Part shown: positions 8,193-16,321 of the stretch, one piece after another | How positions within the stretch are numbered: position 1 is the first letter of the stretch | Layout: each line of letters starts with the position of its first letter | Assembly (NCBI RefSeq): GCF_018398935.1 | Contig: NZ_CP074694.1 | Span: forward strand, 5,790,001 to 5,822,000 | DNA from: Telmatocola sphagniphila | GTDB taxonomy: Bacteria; Planctomycetota; Planctomycetia; Gemmatales; Gemmataceae | Reading direction: 5' to 3' | Length of the DNA stretch: 32,000 nucleotides | Translations under genes and position numbers: made by a program | The notes under the pieces: model-generated | What the model saw: only the letters and a program-made list of their open reading frames with translations | The model's database searches: none | What the model was told of the DNA's origin: nothing

Positions 8193-9046
8193 GTTCGGGC
8201 TCCTAGGAGGTTTTCGATCTGTTGTCGGATCGAAGCAAGGCAGAACTCGCTATTGTCGCTAGCATTTGAGTTGAATGGGGTCTCATCAGGCATTTGGGGA
8301 GCCAAATTGGTAAGCCAGAAAGGTTGCTTGGAAGCTGCTAGATCCAGAATGCGACTGTAGGGCGGAATTGGATGATTCGCCGCCGTGCATAAATTCTCAT
8401 ACACTCGGAGGAGCCGTCGCAGCTCCGCCTCGCTTCGGCAGGTCAGCAGACCATCTTGGATGAGGAGCTGAATCCGAAACCGCAGCTGATCGGCCTCCCG
8501 ACGATACGCTCGGCTGTTGGTCATCCAATCCGGAAACGGCTCGTTTCCGATCGTTGCGTAGTAACACTCCAGGATCTTCTCACCCCCACAGTACGCAAAC
8601 CAACGTTCTGGATAGATGTTGGAAGTTCTCGGCTCTCCATCTGAGGAGTGAACGATCGCAGTCCGCAGGACCCAGTCGTGGTAGTGGAGCCAGGGTCGAA
8701 CGTGGTACTGGCTCCGCTCGTACCAGCAGATGACTTCCGCCGGAATGCCGAAGCGATCCGAGAGTTGTTGATCGGATGCTTTGGTCAGTATCCAAGCTTG
8801 GAGCTTGGGTAACAAGGTCGCATGTGTTCGGGGCAGGGCCAGTGCTTCCGCAAGACCTTCTTTGGATAGCGTTTTCTTTCCTCGAAACTTCGCGCCTAGG
8901 TGTCGAGCGATCGTCAAGGTCTCGGCATCGTCTCGCGATAGCCGACGGATGTTCGCATCGAGGATTGCCTTCGCCCGACGGAGTCGCCCGTCGAGACGGC
9001 GAAAGGGATCCCACATCTGGAGGTCGTATGGGAATTCGTTTTCCAT
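8189..9046 (-). CDS. hypothetical protein (285 aa); possible HTH segment
   Basis: This is the first ORF of the coupled minus-strand operon. The segment ASDQQLSDRFGIPAEVICWYE looks HTH-like. Nothing else is recognised. Confidence 0.6.
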   Translation of the reverse strand: MENEFPYDLQMWDPFRRLDGRLRRAKAILDANIRRLSRDDAETLTIARHLGAKFRGKKTLSKEGLAEALALPRTHATLLPKLQAWILTKASDQQLSDRFGIPAEVICWYERSQYHVRPWLHYHDWVLRTAIVHSSDGEPRTSNIYPERWFAYCGGEKILECYYATIGNEPFPDWMTNSRAYRREADQLRFRIQLLIQDGLLTCRSEAELRRLLRVYENLCTAANHPIPPYSRILDLAASKQPFWLTNLAPQMPDETPFNSNASDNSEFCLASIRQQIENLLGART

Positions 9047-9265
9047 TTCTTTTTTCCTTTGTTGGAGTATGTTTACCTCCTTTCCACGCTACCTTCAGGT
9101 TGAGCGTTACGGAAGATCGCTAGCAGCGATTGGGGAGTTATTGGAGCCGGGAAAGGCCTGGAGATTATTGGAAAATCGTAAGCGACAATTTTTTTTCAGG
9201 CTAGTTTGCGGCTGGAAAATTGAAGTCCCGACGTAGGGGAGCGATGCTAACCGGCGTTTCCTAAG

Positions 9266-9670
9266 ATGGTCGAGCTTACCCTCGGCGAGCCGCTGACCAC
9301 GGGCCAAATGAACCAGGACCGGCTCAAGCTCTGCCTGAAGGTCAACGATCAGTCATACTCCTCGGAAGGAAAGACCGGCTGGTTCGAGGGCGAGATGCTG
9401 AATCTTCAAAGCAAATTGCCGCCCGGCATATTCATGAAAGCGTGCATCAACTGTGCCTTCTCGGATTACAGCCCCTATGGTCATGGCTTGTTCGGAAGTA
9501 TGATCTGCTTTCGAGCGAACAAGGTTGGCCATCTTGCCCTCCCTTTAGGTGAGGACTTCGACAAGGACGACTATTTTGATGTGATGGATACCGTGTCAGA
9601 AATAGTTCAGGAAACCCATCTCTGCCCGGAGTTTGAACGGCGTGTGCCTGGGACGGGTTATCGTGGGTGA
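9266..9670 (+). CDS. hypothetical Cys/His-containing protein (134 aa)
   Basis: The ORF has the core CINCAFSDYSPYGHGLFGSMICFR...HLCPEFERRVPGTGYRG. Its stop overlaps the next ORF's start (GTGA at 9667-9670). Confidence 0.55.
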   Translation: MVELTLGEPLTTGQMNQDRLKLCLKVNDQSYSSEGKTGWFEGEMLNLQSKLPPGIFMKACINCAFSDYSPYGHGLFGSMICFRANKVGHLALPLGEDFDKDDYFDVMDTVSEIVQETHLCPEFERRVPGTGYRG

Positions 9671-10818
9671 TCCAACTGACCTTCACCAGACAGGGCATTG
9701 ATATGGCAAGAAAGTTACAAGACATACCGCCACTTCTGCACGACGCCCGGTTGTGCGAGTCCCGCTGGGACCGTCATCTCAAGACGTTGCTCCTGTGCTT
9801 CCAGTGCCTCCGACGCAATGTCGATGGTACGCCCATTGAGGATAGCACCGTAGAACTCAAACTCAGCGGGGTCGAGCGGATTAGTGCGCACTACTCGCCA
9901 GCCAGCGTAAATGTGAAGCCCTCCGAATTCGGGGGATGTTCTCGGATCACCGTCGCCGACCTCGAAGAGTGGCCTCACGGTGCGGTCGAAGCCCACCTTT
10001 CGATCAACTCTGCCCAGGCCGACTTCGAGGCGGTAACGGCGTGCGTCCGGGAGGCACTGGTTGGCAATCTGATGGACAAACCTTCCGAATCGCCTTTGCG
10101 GATTCACGTCTCTTTCGAGCCGCACAACTACGGCCCCCAAGGTACGGTTACTGGCCTGTCCGTTGACTGCGACTCACTGGAGACATTCAGTAACGCCGTG
10201 CCGCTCGACATCGAAACGTGGGAGCGTCAGTTCGAGGCGTGGTGGAAAGGTTGGCGGAATCATTGGTCGGAAAAGGAGGAGGACGGTGACGATAAGGAAC
10301 CTGCCCTGGAAGACACCTTTATTCCAGCAGGACAGCCAGACATGCCAGACCTGTCGTATCGACCACCAGCGGCAGCACCATTTCTGCTCTTGTCAACGAC
10401 TGTCCCTGCGGAACTTCTCAAGCCGATTGAAGATTATCACAACGGCCACAACGAGCAGAACTGGTTGAAGGTGGCCTCTGCGTACCCGTTCTTTGACCAC
10501 GAACCCACCGAGCGTGCGGCCCGGCTTCAGGAGCAATTCCACGGCCACAACTACGGGAGATGGGTTTACGTCCGCTATATCGACGGATGGTGGTGCGAAG
10601 GTAATCGAGCGTGTGTCATTGTCAGAGGAATCGAACACAACATAGGCGATGACGACGCGCCTGCCAGGAATGAGGAAACCGTCATCACTTATGGTCTGCG
10701 TCGGTTTCACCAATCCTGGGTTATCGCCACATGGTCGCAAGGATGGCCTCGTTTTGGATCGGCGGATAAGCTGCAAGGCGAGCAACCCTGGAGGAACGGC
10801 TGGAATCTTGCCGAATGA
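9667..10818 (+). CDS. hypothetical protein (383 aa), Trp-rich acidic linker, two-domain
   Basis: The ORF has a GTG start coupled to the upstream gene (alternative ATG at 9703). The central segment is WERQFEAWWKGWRNHWSEKEEDGDDKE. No motif is recognised. It is followed by a strong hairpin. Confidence 0.6.
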   Translation: MIQLTFTRQGIDMARKLQDIPPLLHDARLCESRWDRHLKTLLLCFQCLRRNVDGTPIEDSTVELKLSGVERISAHYSPASVNVKPSEFGGCSRITVADLEEWPHGAVEAHLSINSAQADFEAVTACVREALVGNLMDKPSESPLRIHVSFEPHNYGPQGTVTGLSVDCDSLETFSNAVPLDIETWERQFEAWWKGWRNHWSEKEEDGDDKEPALEDTFIPAGQPDMPDLSYRPPAAAPFLLLSTTVPAELLKPIEDYHNGHNEQNWLKVASAYPFFDHEPTERAARLQEQFHGHNYGRWVYVRYIDGWWCEGNRACVIVRGIEHNIGDDDAPARNEETVITYGLRRFHQSWVIATWSQGWPRFGSADKLQGEQPWRNGWNLAE

Positions 10819-10869
10819 CGTGACAGTTCCAAAGAGAATCTTAACCGCATGACCGCCACCGTGTCCCTG

Positions 10870-10908
10870 CTACCCCGGCGGCCCTTATTCATTTGCCGCC
10901 GGGGGTAG
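10870..10908. terminator. bidirectional hairpin between convergent genes (383-aa ORF and PolA)
   Basis: CTACCCCGGCGGC (10870-10882) pairs with GCCGCCGGGGGTAG (10895-10908): a 13-bp GC-rich stem with one bulged base and a 12-nt loop. The 14-nt perfect palindrome GGGACTGCAGTCCC follows at 10910-10923. Confidence 0.55.
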
Positions 10909-11048
10909 TGGGACTGCAGTCCCCTTAATCAGATGTCACTTGCAGTCCAGAGACCGCAGGGTATTGACGCTCGACACCGACTAAGAGGGCTTTGGGTTTT
11001 TTACAGTTCCAAATCGTAACCGCCGCCACAAATCACCAGCGATATTGT

Positions 11049-13334
11049 TCAGGCAACCGACGACGTCTTCACGGCTCCACTTCCTTTTGGAGTATCAGCT
11101 TTTGCGGTCGGAATTTGTCCAGGGCTGGCAGGCGAAATACGTACGGAAGGCACTTGAGAGTCGCCTTCCTCCATGGCCCATGAACTTCCATGTTGAATAT
11201 CCACTTCGACTCGCATGTTGGGAAGAACTTCCTTCATGGCCCGCACCATGATTTGGCTGATATGCTCTTTCGCTTCCTCGGGATCTCGACTCTCGGGGAC
11301 TTCGATAAGCATTTCATCATGAACAAAATTCACTATTCGGTAGTTAGCCCGGAATAGATTCCACAGAGCCAGTTTTGCTCCGTCGGCCGCAATACCCTGG
11401 AAAATCCCATTGTGCCTTTGCGTATAGCTCGCACGAGCTCGTATTCGACCACTAAGGGTCACAAAGGCCGTCGTACCGGCAAGCGATATCATAGCATTCC
11501 TCAATTCAACGGAAGGGGTTCTCTGGATAATCTGCAGTCGAAGTTGAGGGTTTTCTAACTCAGTGGCAACTTTATTCAAGCTGGTCCAGAAGAAGTCGAG
11601 ATATTCGGGACTATAAAGGATACCTTTCTGGCTCCGAGGTTCTTGCTGACCTAAAACTTTAAGGCACATGCCGCCGAGTATCGGGCAGGGAGTATTCTCG
11701 TCCGCCGTTGTGTTCTTCCAAGTATGGGCTTTTGGATTGAAAATCTTCCACTCAGCAGGTGTCAGATTCAAGTATTGGGCGATTTGCAAAGGGATATCAG
11801 AAGCTAAAAATTCTCGAATTTCCGGAAAAAGAGCAAAGTAGCCATCCCGAAACTTTTCCGCCTCCTGCTCCGTCATCTCCACTTCGTAGGATGTTTTAGC
11901 GTAGTGAGCCAGAGATCTTGCCCCCATGCCGCCAGGTGTTCCAAAATTGATGGGTTTTGCTTTGGCACGGTCTGCCTTCGTCACCTGCTCAGGAGATATC
12001 TGAAGGACCTGAGCGGCAACAAGTTTGTGAAGATCAGTTCCTTTGTTTATCTCTTCGGCCATTCGAGAGGATTTACCAAACTGGCTCTGAATTGCCTCCG
12101 CCAAGGCAACCAATTCGATCATTTTGTAATCGGCCTTGACCAGGTAATGTCCGGGGGAAGGAACAAAGCAGCGACGGACACGATGATCGCGGGGGAGATT
12201 TTGAGCGTTGAGGTCGCCGAACGAACTCGTACGACCACTCCGTACCAAAAACTGGAAGGATGGATGAAGGGTCGGCCGATCCATGCGGCTGGTCAGTAAC
12301 TTTAGCAAGCTCTCGAATCGCTTGGATAAAAAAAGAGAATTCAAAAAAGGTGAACGATTGGCATATTCCTGAAGGCTATCTTCCGAAGTTGAGATACGAT
12401 CCTTTTGATCGGTAGACTTTTGAGTACGGGGAAGCTGGACGCCAATATCTTTTTCGACGCGTTTCAAGATTTTCTGTAGCGACTCCTGAGAGCCTTTGCC
12501 AGATCCGAGATACCCTTCCGCCCGAAGAATTTTGAGGTGGGTTTCCAGTTCGGTTTGAAAATAGGTCACCGCGGCTTGGCATTCTTGGCGATTAAGCGTT
12601 AGGCCGTTACCGTGGATACCCTTAAGAGCCAGTGATGCTTTCAGCTGGATATGGTGGGTTAGAGGACCCCACTTGTGAAGACATTCATTCATGCGATTTG
12701 CCGACAGCCTTCCCCAGATCTCCCGAGAAGTCTGCAATTCACTTTCAATTAAACCGCGTAGTCTTTCATAAAGCATGTGCGTAATTGCAACATCCCGCGC
12801 GAGGTATTCCAGATAGACTGTTTCGATCTGACTTGGAGGTTTTCCAAGCCAGCGGCCGAAGGATGTTCGAACATCATTCCCCTGGTCATCTCGGATGTCT
12901 TTCGGGACGCTAAGGGCAAGAATCTCTAGGGCACAATCGTCCAATTTCGATTCTTTGTCGGCAAGATCACCGGCCGTGGCTAGCCGATAAAGCTTGTACA
13001 GAATCATTGTGTCCCAGATCCGATTTGCATCCGCGCGCTTAAACAGGCTTTCATCAAATTCCTCTAGAACCGTTAGGTCGAAGGCTGCATTATGAAAGAC
13101 GATCTCGTTTTGGGAATGGCAGTGGAGAAAATCTGCCACACTTTCCCGCGGGAGAAAGACACCCCGATTACCACTAAAAGCTGCAGCCATTACCAATGGT
13201 GGCGCTATCCAATCTCTCTGGCGATCGATTTGTAACGTCTCAGTATCGATACTAATAGGACCACTGAATATCCGACCATTAGACAGTTTCCATGGGGAAA
13301 ATTTATAATTAATATTGCCAATTTGAATGTTCAT
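11049..13334 (-). CDS. family-A DNA polymerase with 3'-5' proofreading exonuclease domain (no 5' nuclease domain)
   Basis: 761 aa. Exo I is ISIDTETL, Exo II is HNAAFDLTVL, Exo III is YLARDVA. Pol motif A is LVKADYKMIELVALAE, motif B is RAKAKPINFGTPGGMG, motif C is NFVHDEMLIEV, and the pre-motif-C block is TLSGRIRA...FQGIAADGAKLAL. Confidence 0.9.
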   Translation of the reverse strand: MNIQIGNINYKFSPWKLSNGRIFSGPISIDTETLQIDRQRDWIAPPLVMAAAFSGNRGVFLPRESVADFLHCHSQNEIVFHNAAFDLTVLEEFDESLFKRADANRIWDTMILYKLYRLATAGDLADKESKLDDCALEILALSVPKDIRDDQGNDVRTSFGRWLGKPPSQIETVYLEYLARDVAITHMLYERLRGLIESELQTSREIWGRLSANRMNECLHKWGPLTHHIQLKASLALKGIHGNGLTLNRQECQAAVTYFQTELETHLKILRAEGYLGSGKGSQESLQKILKRVEKDIGVQLPRTQKSTDQKDRISTSEDSLQEYANRSPFLNSLFLSKRFESLLKLLTSRMDRPTLHPSFQFLVRSGRTSSFGDLNAQNLPRDHRVRRCFVPSPGHYLVKADYKMIELVALAEAIQSQFGKSSRMAEEINKGTDLHKLVAAQVLQISPEQVTKADRAKAKPINFGTPGGMGARSLAHYAKTSYEVEMTEQEAEKFRDGYFALFPEIREFLASDIPLQIAQYLNLTPAEWKIFNPKAHTWKNTTADENTPCPILGGMCLKVLGQQEPRSQKGILYSPEYLDFFWTSLNKVATELENPQLRLQIIQRTPSVELRNAMISLAGTTAFVTLSGRIRARASYTQRHNGIFQGIAADGAKLALWNLFRANYRIVNFVHDEMLIEVPESRDPEEAKEHISQIMVRAMKEVLPNMRVEVDIQHGSSWAMEEGDSQVPSVRISPASPGQIPTAKADTPKGSGAVKTSSVA

Positions 13335-13649
13335 ATGTTTTTATATCCGTTTATATTTTAATGTTTTAAAACCGTTGAGAACTGGTTAAGCGATTAGGCT
13401 GGTTAGGTTATTTAGCCCAAGAAGATCCTTAGATTATTTGAGGGTAAGATCCCCTGCAGTTCACTGAAGTATCTTAACCAGCTCGACTCTTAGCCGACAC
13501 TCACTAAGGCAATTGCTGAAAGTTATCGAGGCGACAAGTGCTTCATCAGCTTAACCGCCTAATCACTTATTCCAGAACGGACGAGGATCTGACATGGGTA
13601 GGGCAACCGCTCAACCTCGCATGGTAGCTAAGCGGTTGCGATATGCCAC
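13335..13649. other. candidate replication origin / control region (AT-rich stretch plus inverted iteron-like motifs)
   Basis: 13335-13370 has only 5 G/C in 36 nt. CTGGTTAAG lies at 13382-13390 (+), its variant CTGGTTAGG at 13399-13407 (+), and CTGGTTAAG on the minus strand at 13473-13481. GGTTAAGC lies on the minus strand at 13549-13556. GATTAGGC lies at 13392-13399 (+) and on the minus strand at 13557-13564. An 8-bp stem hairpin is CAACCGCT (13604-13611) / AGCGGTTG (13631-13638). Confidence 0.4.
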
Positions 13650-15485
13650 TTACCATTCTTCGGTATTTCCAGACCCGTCTGAGTGCGGCTGATTTTCGGT
13701 AGTACTTCCTTCAGTCTGAACTGGCTGAGTAGATATATCGGATCGAACTTCCACCACGGAGCTAAGATTCCCATCTGCTAATACTGCTCCCGCAGCCAGC
13801 GAGCTAGCACCAGTGTCAGTCTCTATTCGGCTCTCCCAGAGGCAGTCCAGGTAGTAGAGATTCCTGTTGCCTCGTTCGCGCAATTTTTTTAGAACCGCTT
13901 TTGCTGGTCGTCCGTCTATGGCTATAGGGGTCTCGCGGCCGAGGAGCCTGCTCAGTTCTGCACCTGCGAGCTGTGCCTGCACACGTTCTTGGGGTTTGCC
14001 CACGACATTCTCGAATGCCTCCGATGCAGAAAAATAAATAAGCCAATCCTTTGACAGTTTGGCGATCCCAGTCGCTTCACGAGCGGTAGTATCCGGGTGG
14101 AGATACGGGCCCTGTAGACGGATTACGGAATCGGCTAAAGCCATTAGATGGGTGCGGTCGGAATCGAACTCCTCGCTAGCTTCGGAAATGTTCGCAAGGA
14201 ACTCATGGAAGCCGTTGGCTTCCATGATGCCCGATATTACTTGACCCCATACCCGGAAGCGATGCCGGCCATTACCTGTTGGTCGTCCCTGCTGCACCCA
14301 ATGGATTACCATCCCCATCAGTTCGGAGATTATCTCACTCCGATGCTCGCGTGCGAACTGCATCGGGTCGAAATCCGTGGGAAATTGCCGGCTTCTCGGA
14401 TCGCCGTCGTAATGCAAGCGGATCGGCAAGCTTCGGGATACTAAATCAGAACTCAGAGAGGTCTGATTCATGGTTAAGATCCATAGGATATCATTAGAGC
14501 GTCGCATATTTGTGGAGGTACCCAAGATCCGCAGTTCGATAGTCGGTGAGACAGAATTCGCTTCGAGGACTGGGCTGGCCACCGACTGCTGTCGGGCATT
14601 CCTGGCGTTGTCGATTATCAATACGTGAGCGTCTCGTTGAAGCGAGGCACACAGTCGCTTTTGGAGCTCTTCTTCTTCCGGCAAGTAGCCCAGTAATGCC
14701 GGGTTATTATTGTCAAATATCTGGCCGACAAGACGAGCTAAGAGAGTTTTTCCAAGCCCTGGCTGATTGCCGTCGATAACGGCCAGTGGTTTACCGTCCT
14801 CTATGAAATGATTAATCAGCAGTCCGGTAATTAGGAATGCTATCATGTTGGCCAGATCCGCATCCGTCTTAAAACAGAAGTTTTGTAATAGCGTTCGGAG
14901 GTGTTGCGGCAACCGCTCAAGGATGGGGCCGGTGGTTGGAGTCGACCCTCTCAGGATGGGTTCGATGCTCTCACCGGTTACCAGGATCTTTGACTCGGGA
15001 TAATAGCCGGGACGAAGAATCTTGAACTGCGAGTCGAAAAGTGGCCTTCCGGCGGAGGTGGTGATCTCGGGGAAGCTATTCTCTATCAGATTCGAGCAAA
15101 AGATTAACGAGATAGCTTCCCGCGGGATTAGGAACTTACCCTTCTCATCCGAACATACCAGGATGTTAGCCAGATGGCTGGGCCCATTTCGATCCGGCCC
15201 GGTCTCCGTAAAGATATTACAGAGTTTCGCACTGGGGCCGAAGCCTTCTCCTCGCAAGTAGACCATCTTTCCGCCGTAGTCGAAAACTCGCTCCGATTCT
15301 AACAGCAGCTGACGCGCCAGTAGAATGAAGTTGTCCGTGTTTGTGTATCCGACTTTGCGGGAATACCCGGCAAGATTCGGTATGTTTCTCGATCCTCCCA
15401 GCGGTAAGCGATCCAGTTCGCCAAAGGAAGAGAAGAGTGTATGCGCGAGCTCATTACCTCGGGAAGAGTTTAAAATACTCGCCAT
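13650..15485 (-). CDS. SF3-helicase-like P-loop NTPase (replicative helicase candidate of the element)
   Basis: 611 aa. Walker A is GNQPGLGKTLLARLVG, Walker B is HVLIIDNA, and the motif C-like Asn is in ILWILTMNQTS. Its ATG overlaps the primase stop (TAATG at 15483-15487). Confidence 0.65.
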   Translation of the reverse strand: MASILNSSRGNELAHTLFSSFGELDRLPLGGSRNIPNLAGYSRKVGYTNTDNFILLARQLLLESERVFDYGGKMVYLRGEGFGPSAKLCNIFTETGPDRNGPSHLANILVCSDEKGKFLIPREAISLIFCSNLIENSFPEITTSAGRPLFDSQFKILRPGYYPESKILVTGESIEPILRGSTPTTGPILERLPQHLRTLLQNFCFKTDADLANMIAFLITGLLINHFIEDGKPLAVIDGNQPGLGKTLLARLVGQIFDNNNPALLGYLPEEEELQKRLCASLQRDAHVLIIDNARNARQQSVASPVLEANSVSPTIELRILGTSTNMRRSNDILWILTMNQTSLSSDLVSRSLPIRLHYDGDPRSRQFPTDFDPMQFAREHRSEIISELMGMVIHWVQQGRPTGNGRHRFRVWGQVISGIMEANGFHEFLANISEASEEFDSDRTHLMALADSVIRLQGPYLHPDTTAREATGIAKLSKDWLIYFSASEAFENVVGKPQERVQAQLAGAELSRLLGRETPIAIDGRPAKAVLKKLRERGNRNLYYLDCLWESRIETDTGASSLAAGAVLADGNLSSVVEVRSDISTQPVQTEGSTTENQPHSDGSGNTEEW

Positions 15486-16267
15486 TAGACACCTTCCTTT
15501 CTTGCACCTTCTCGCGGTGAAAGATAAAGATCGAAAAGATCTTCTAGCTTAATCCTCCCGCAGCCTCCATAACACTTTCCGATGCGGTCGAGGACGTCCA
15601 AGCGACTATTCGGAGCTTTGCATTTGGGGCATGGGTTGATTCGTCGAGACCCAAGTAGCTGTTCAGCGATCACCCCAAACGGAGCGTTGCGAACAACTTC
15701 GATATGCTCGACTATTTCTTCCGGTGACACTGGCTTGCCGGCCTTCAGTTGTCTTACTTCGACACCGTTCTTGCTGTTGATGCTTCCTATGGGACGCGTT
15801 AGGGCGGTTATGCCAGGGCAATCCGGATCGCTCGGAAGTAAGCACTGCACGACTCGAACATAGCGGCTCCAGCGATCCCGTTCATACTCGCCATGAAACT
15901 GAACGGTGGGAGATAGCCACACGATGATGTGATACCCGCCCCCAGAAAACCGCACTTCGGCCTGTCGGAGGATAGGGGATCGCTCGAGCCACGGGGAGAT
16001 TACGTTCTGATAGACGGCCTCGGGGCCTCCCAACTGCAGGTGTTCGTCGACGATAGCCGGGCGTAGGAGACACAGGTCGATATCGATAAGCATGGCGTTA
16101 AGCTGAGTGATCTCAGCTTCAGCCCGGGAGACTCGCTCGATGGGGCCGGTTTCGCCCGTATTACAAAGTTGTTCGCGGTTATCGACAGCATCCGCATTGA
16201 AACAAGTGGATGCAATCGTGTTACAACGGGGGTGTACTGAATCCGCTGTGTGTAGTAAGCTAGACAT
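15485..16267 (-). CDS. archaeo-eukaryotic-type primase-polymerase (AEP / Prim-Pol) with C-terminal zinc ribbon
   Basis: 260 aa. AEP motif I is MLIDIDL (DxD), motif II is FSGGGYHIIVW, motif III is DPDCPGITALTRPIGSINSKNG. The Zn ribbon is CPKC-x15-CYGGC. Confidence 0.75.
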   Translation of the reverse strand: MSSLLHTADSVHPRCNTIASTCFNADAVDNREQLCNTGETGPIERVSRAEAEITQLNAMLIDIDLCLLRPAIVDEHLQLGGPEAVYQNVISPWLERSPILRQAEVRFSGGGYHIIVWLSPTVQFHGEYERDRWSRYVRVVQCLLPSDPDCPGITALTRPIGSINSKNGVEVRQLKAGKPVSPEEIVEHIEVVRNAPFGVIAEQLLGSRRINPCPKCKAPNSRLDVLDRIGKCYGGCGRIKLEDLFDLYLSPREGARKEGV

Positions 16268-16293
16268 AACAATACTCCTAAGGTAGTGTGCGG

Positions 16294-16321
16294 CCGTACA
16301 GCGATTGCCGTCGCTGTACGG
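16294..16321. repeat. perfect 11-bp inverted repeat (operator or 5'-leader hairpin) just upstream of the primase start
   Basis: CCGTACAGCGA (16294-16304) and TCGCTGTACGG (16311-16321) flank a 6-nt spacer. The repeat begins 27 nt upstream of the primase ATG (16267, minus strand). Confidence 0.6.

Noticed and set aside
9973-9980. 8-nt match (CCTCACGG) to the tRNA 3' region followed by TCGAA
   Set aside because: It lies inside the 383-aa coding region, is short, and is not at any compositional or gene-content boundary.
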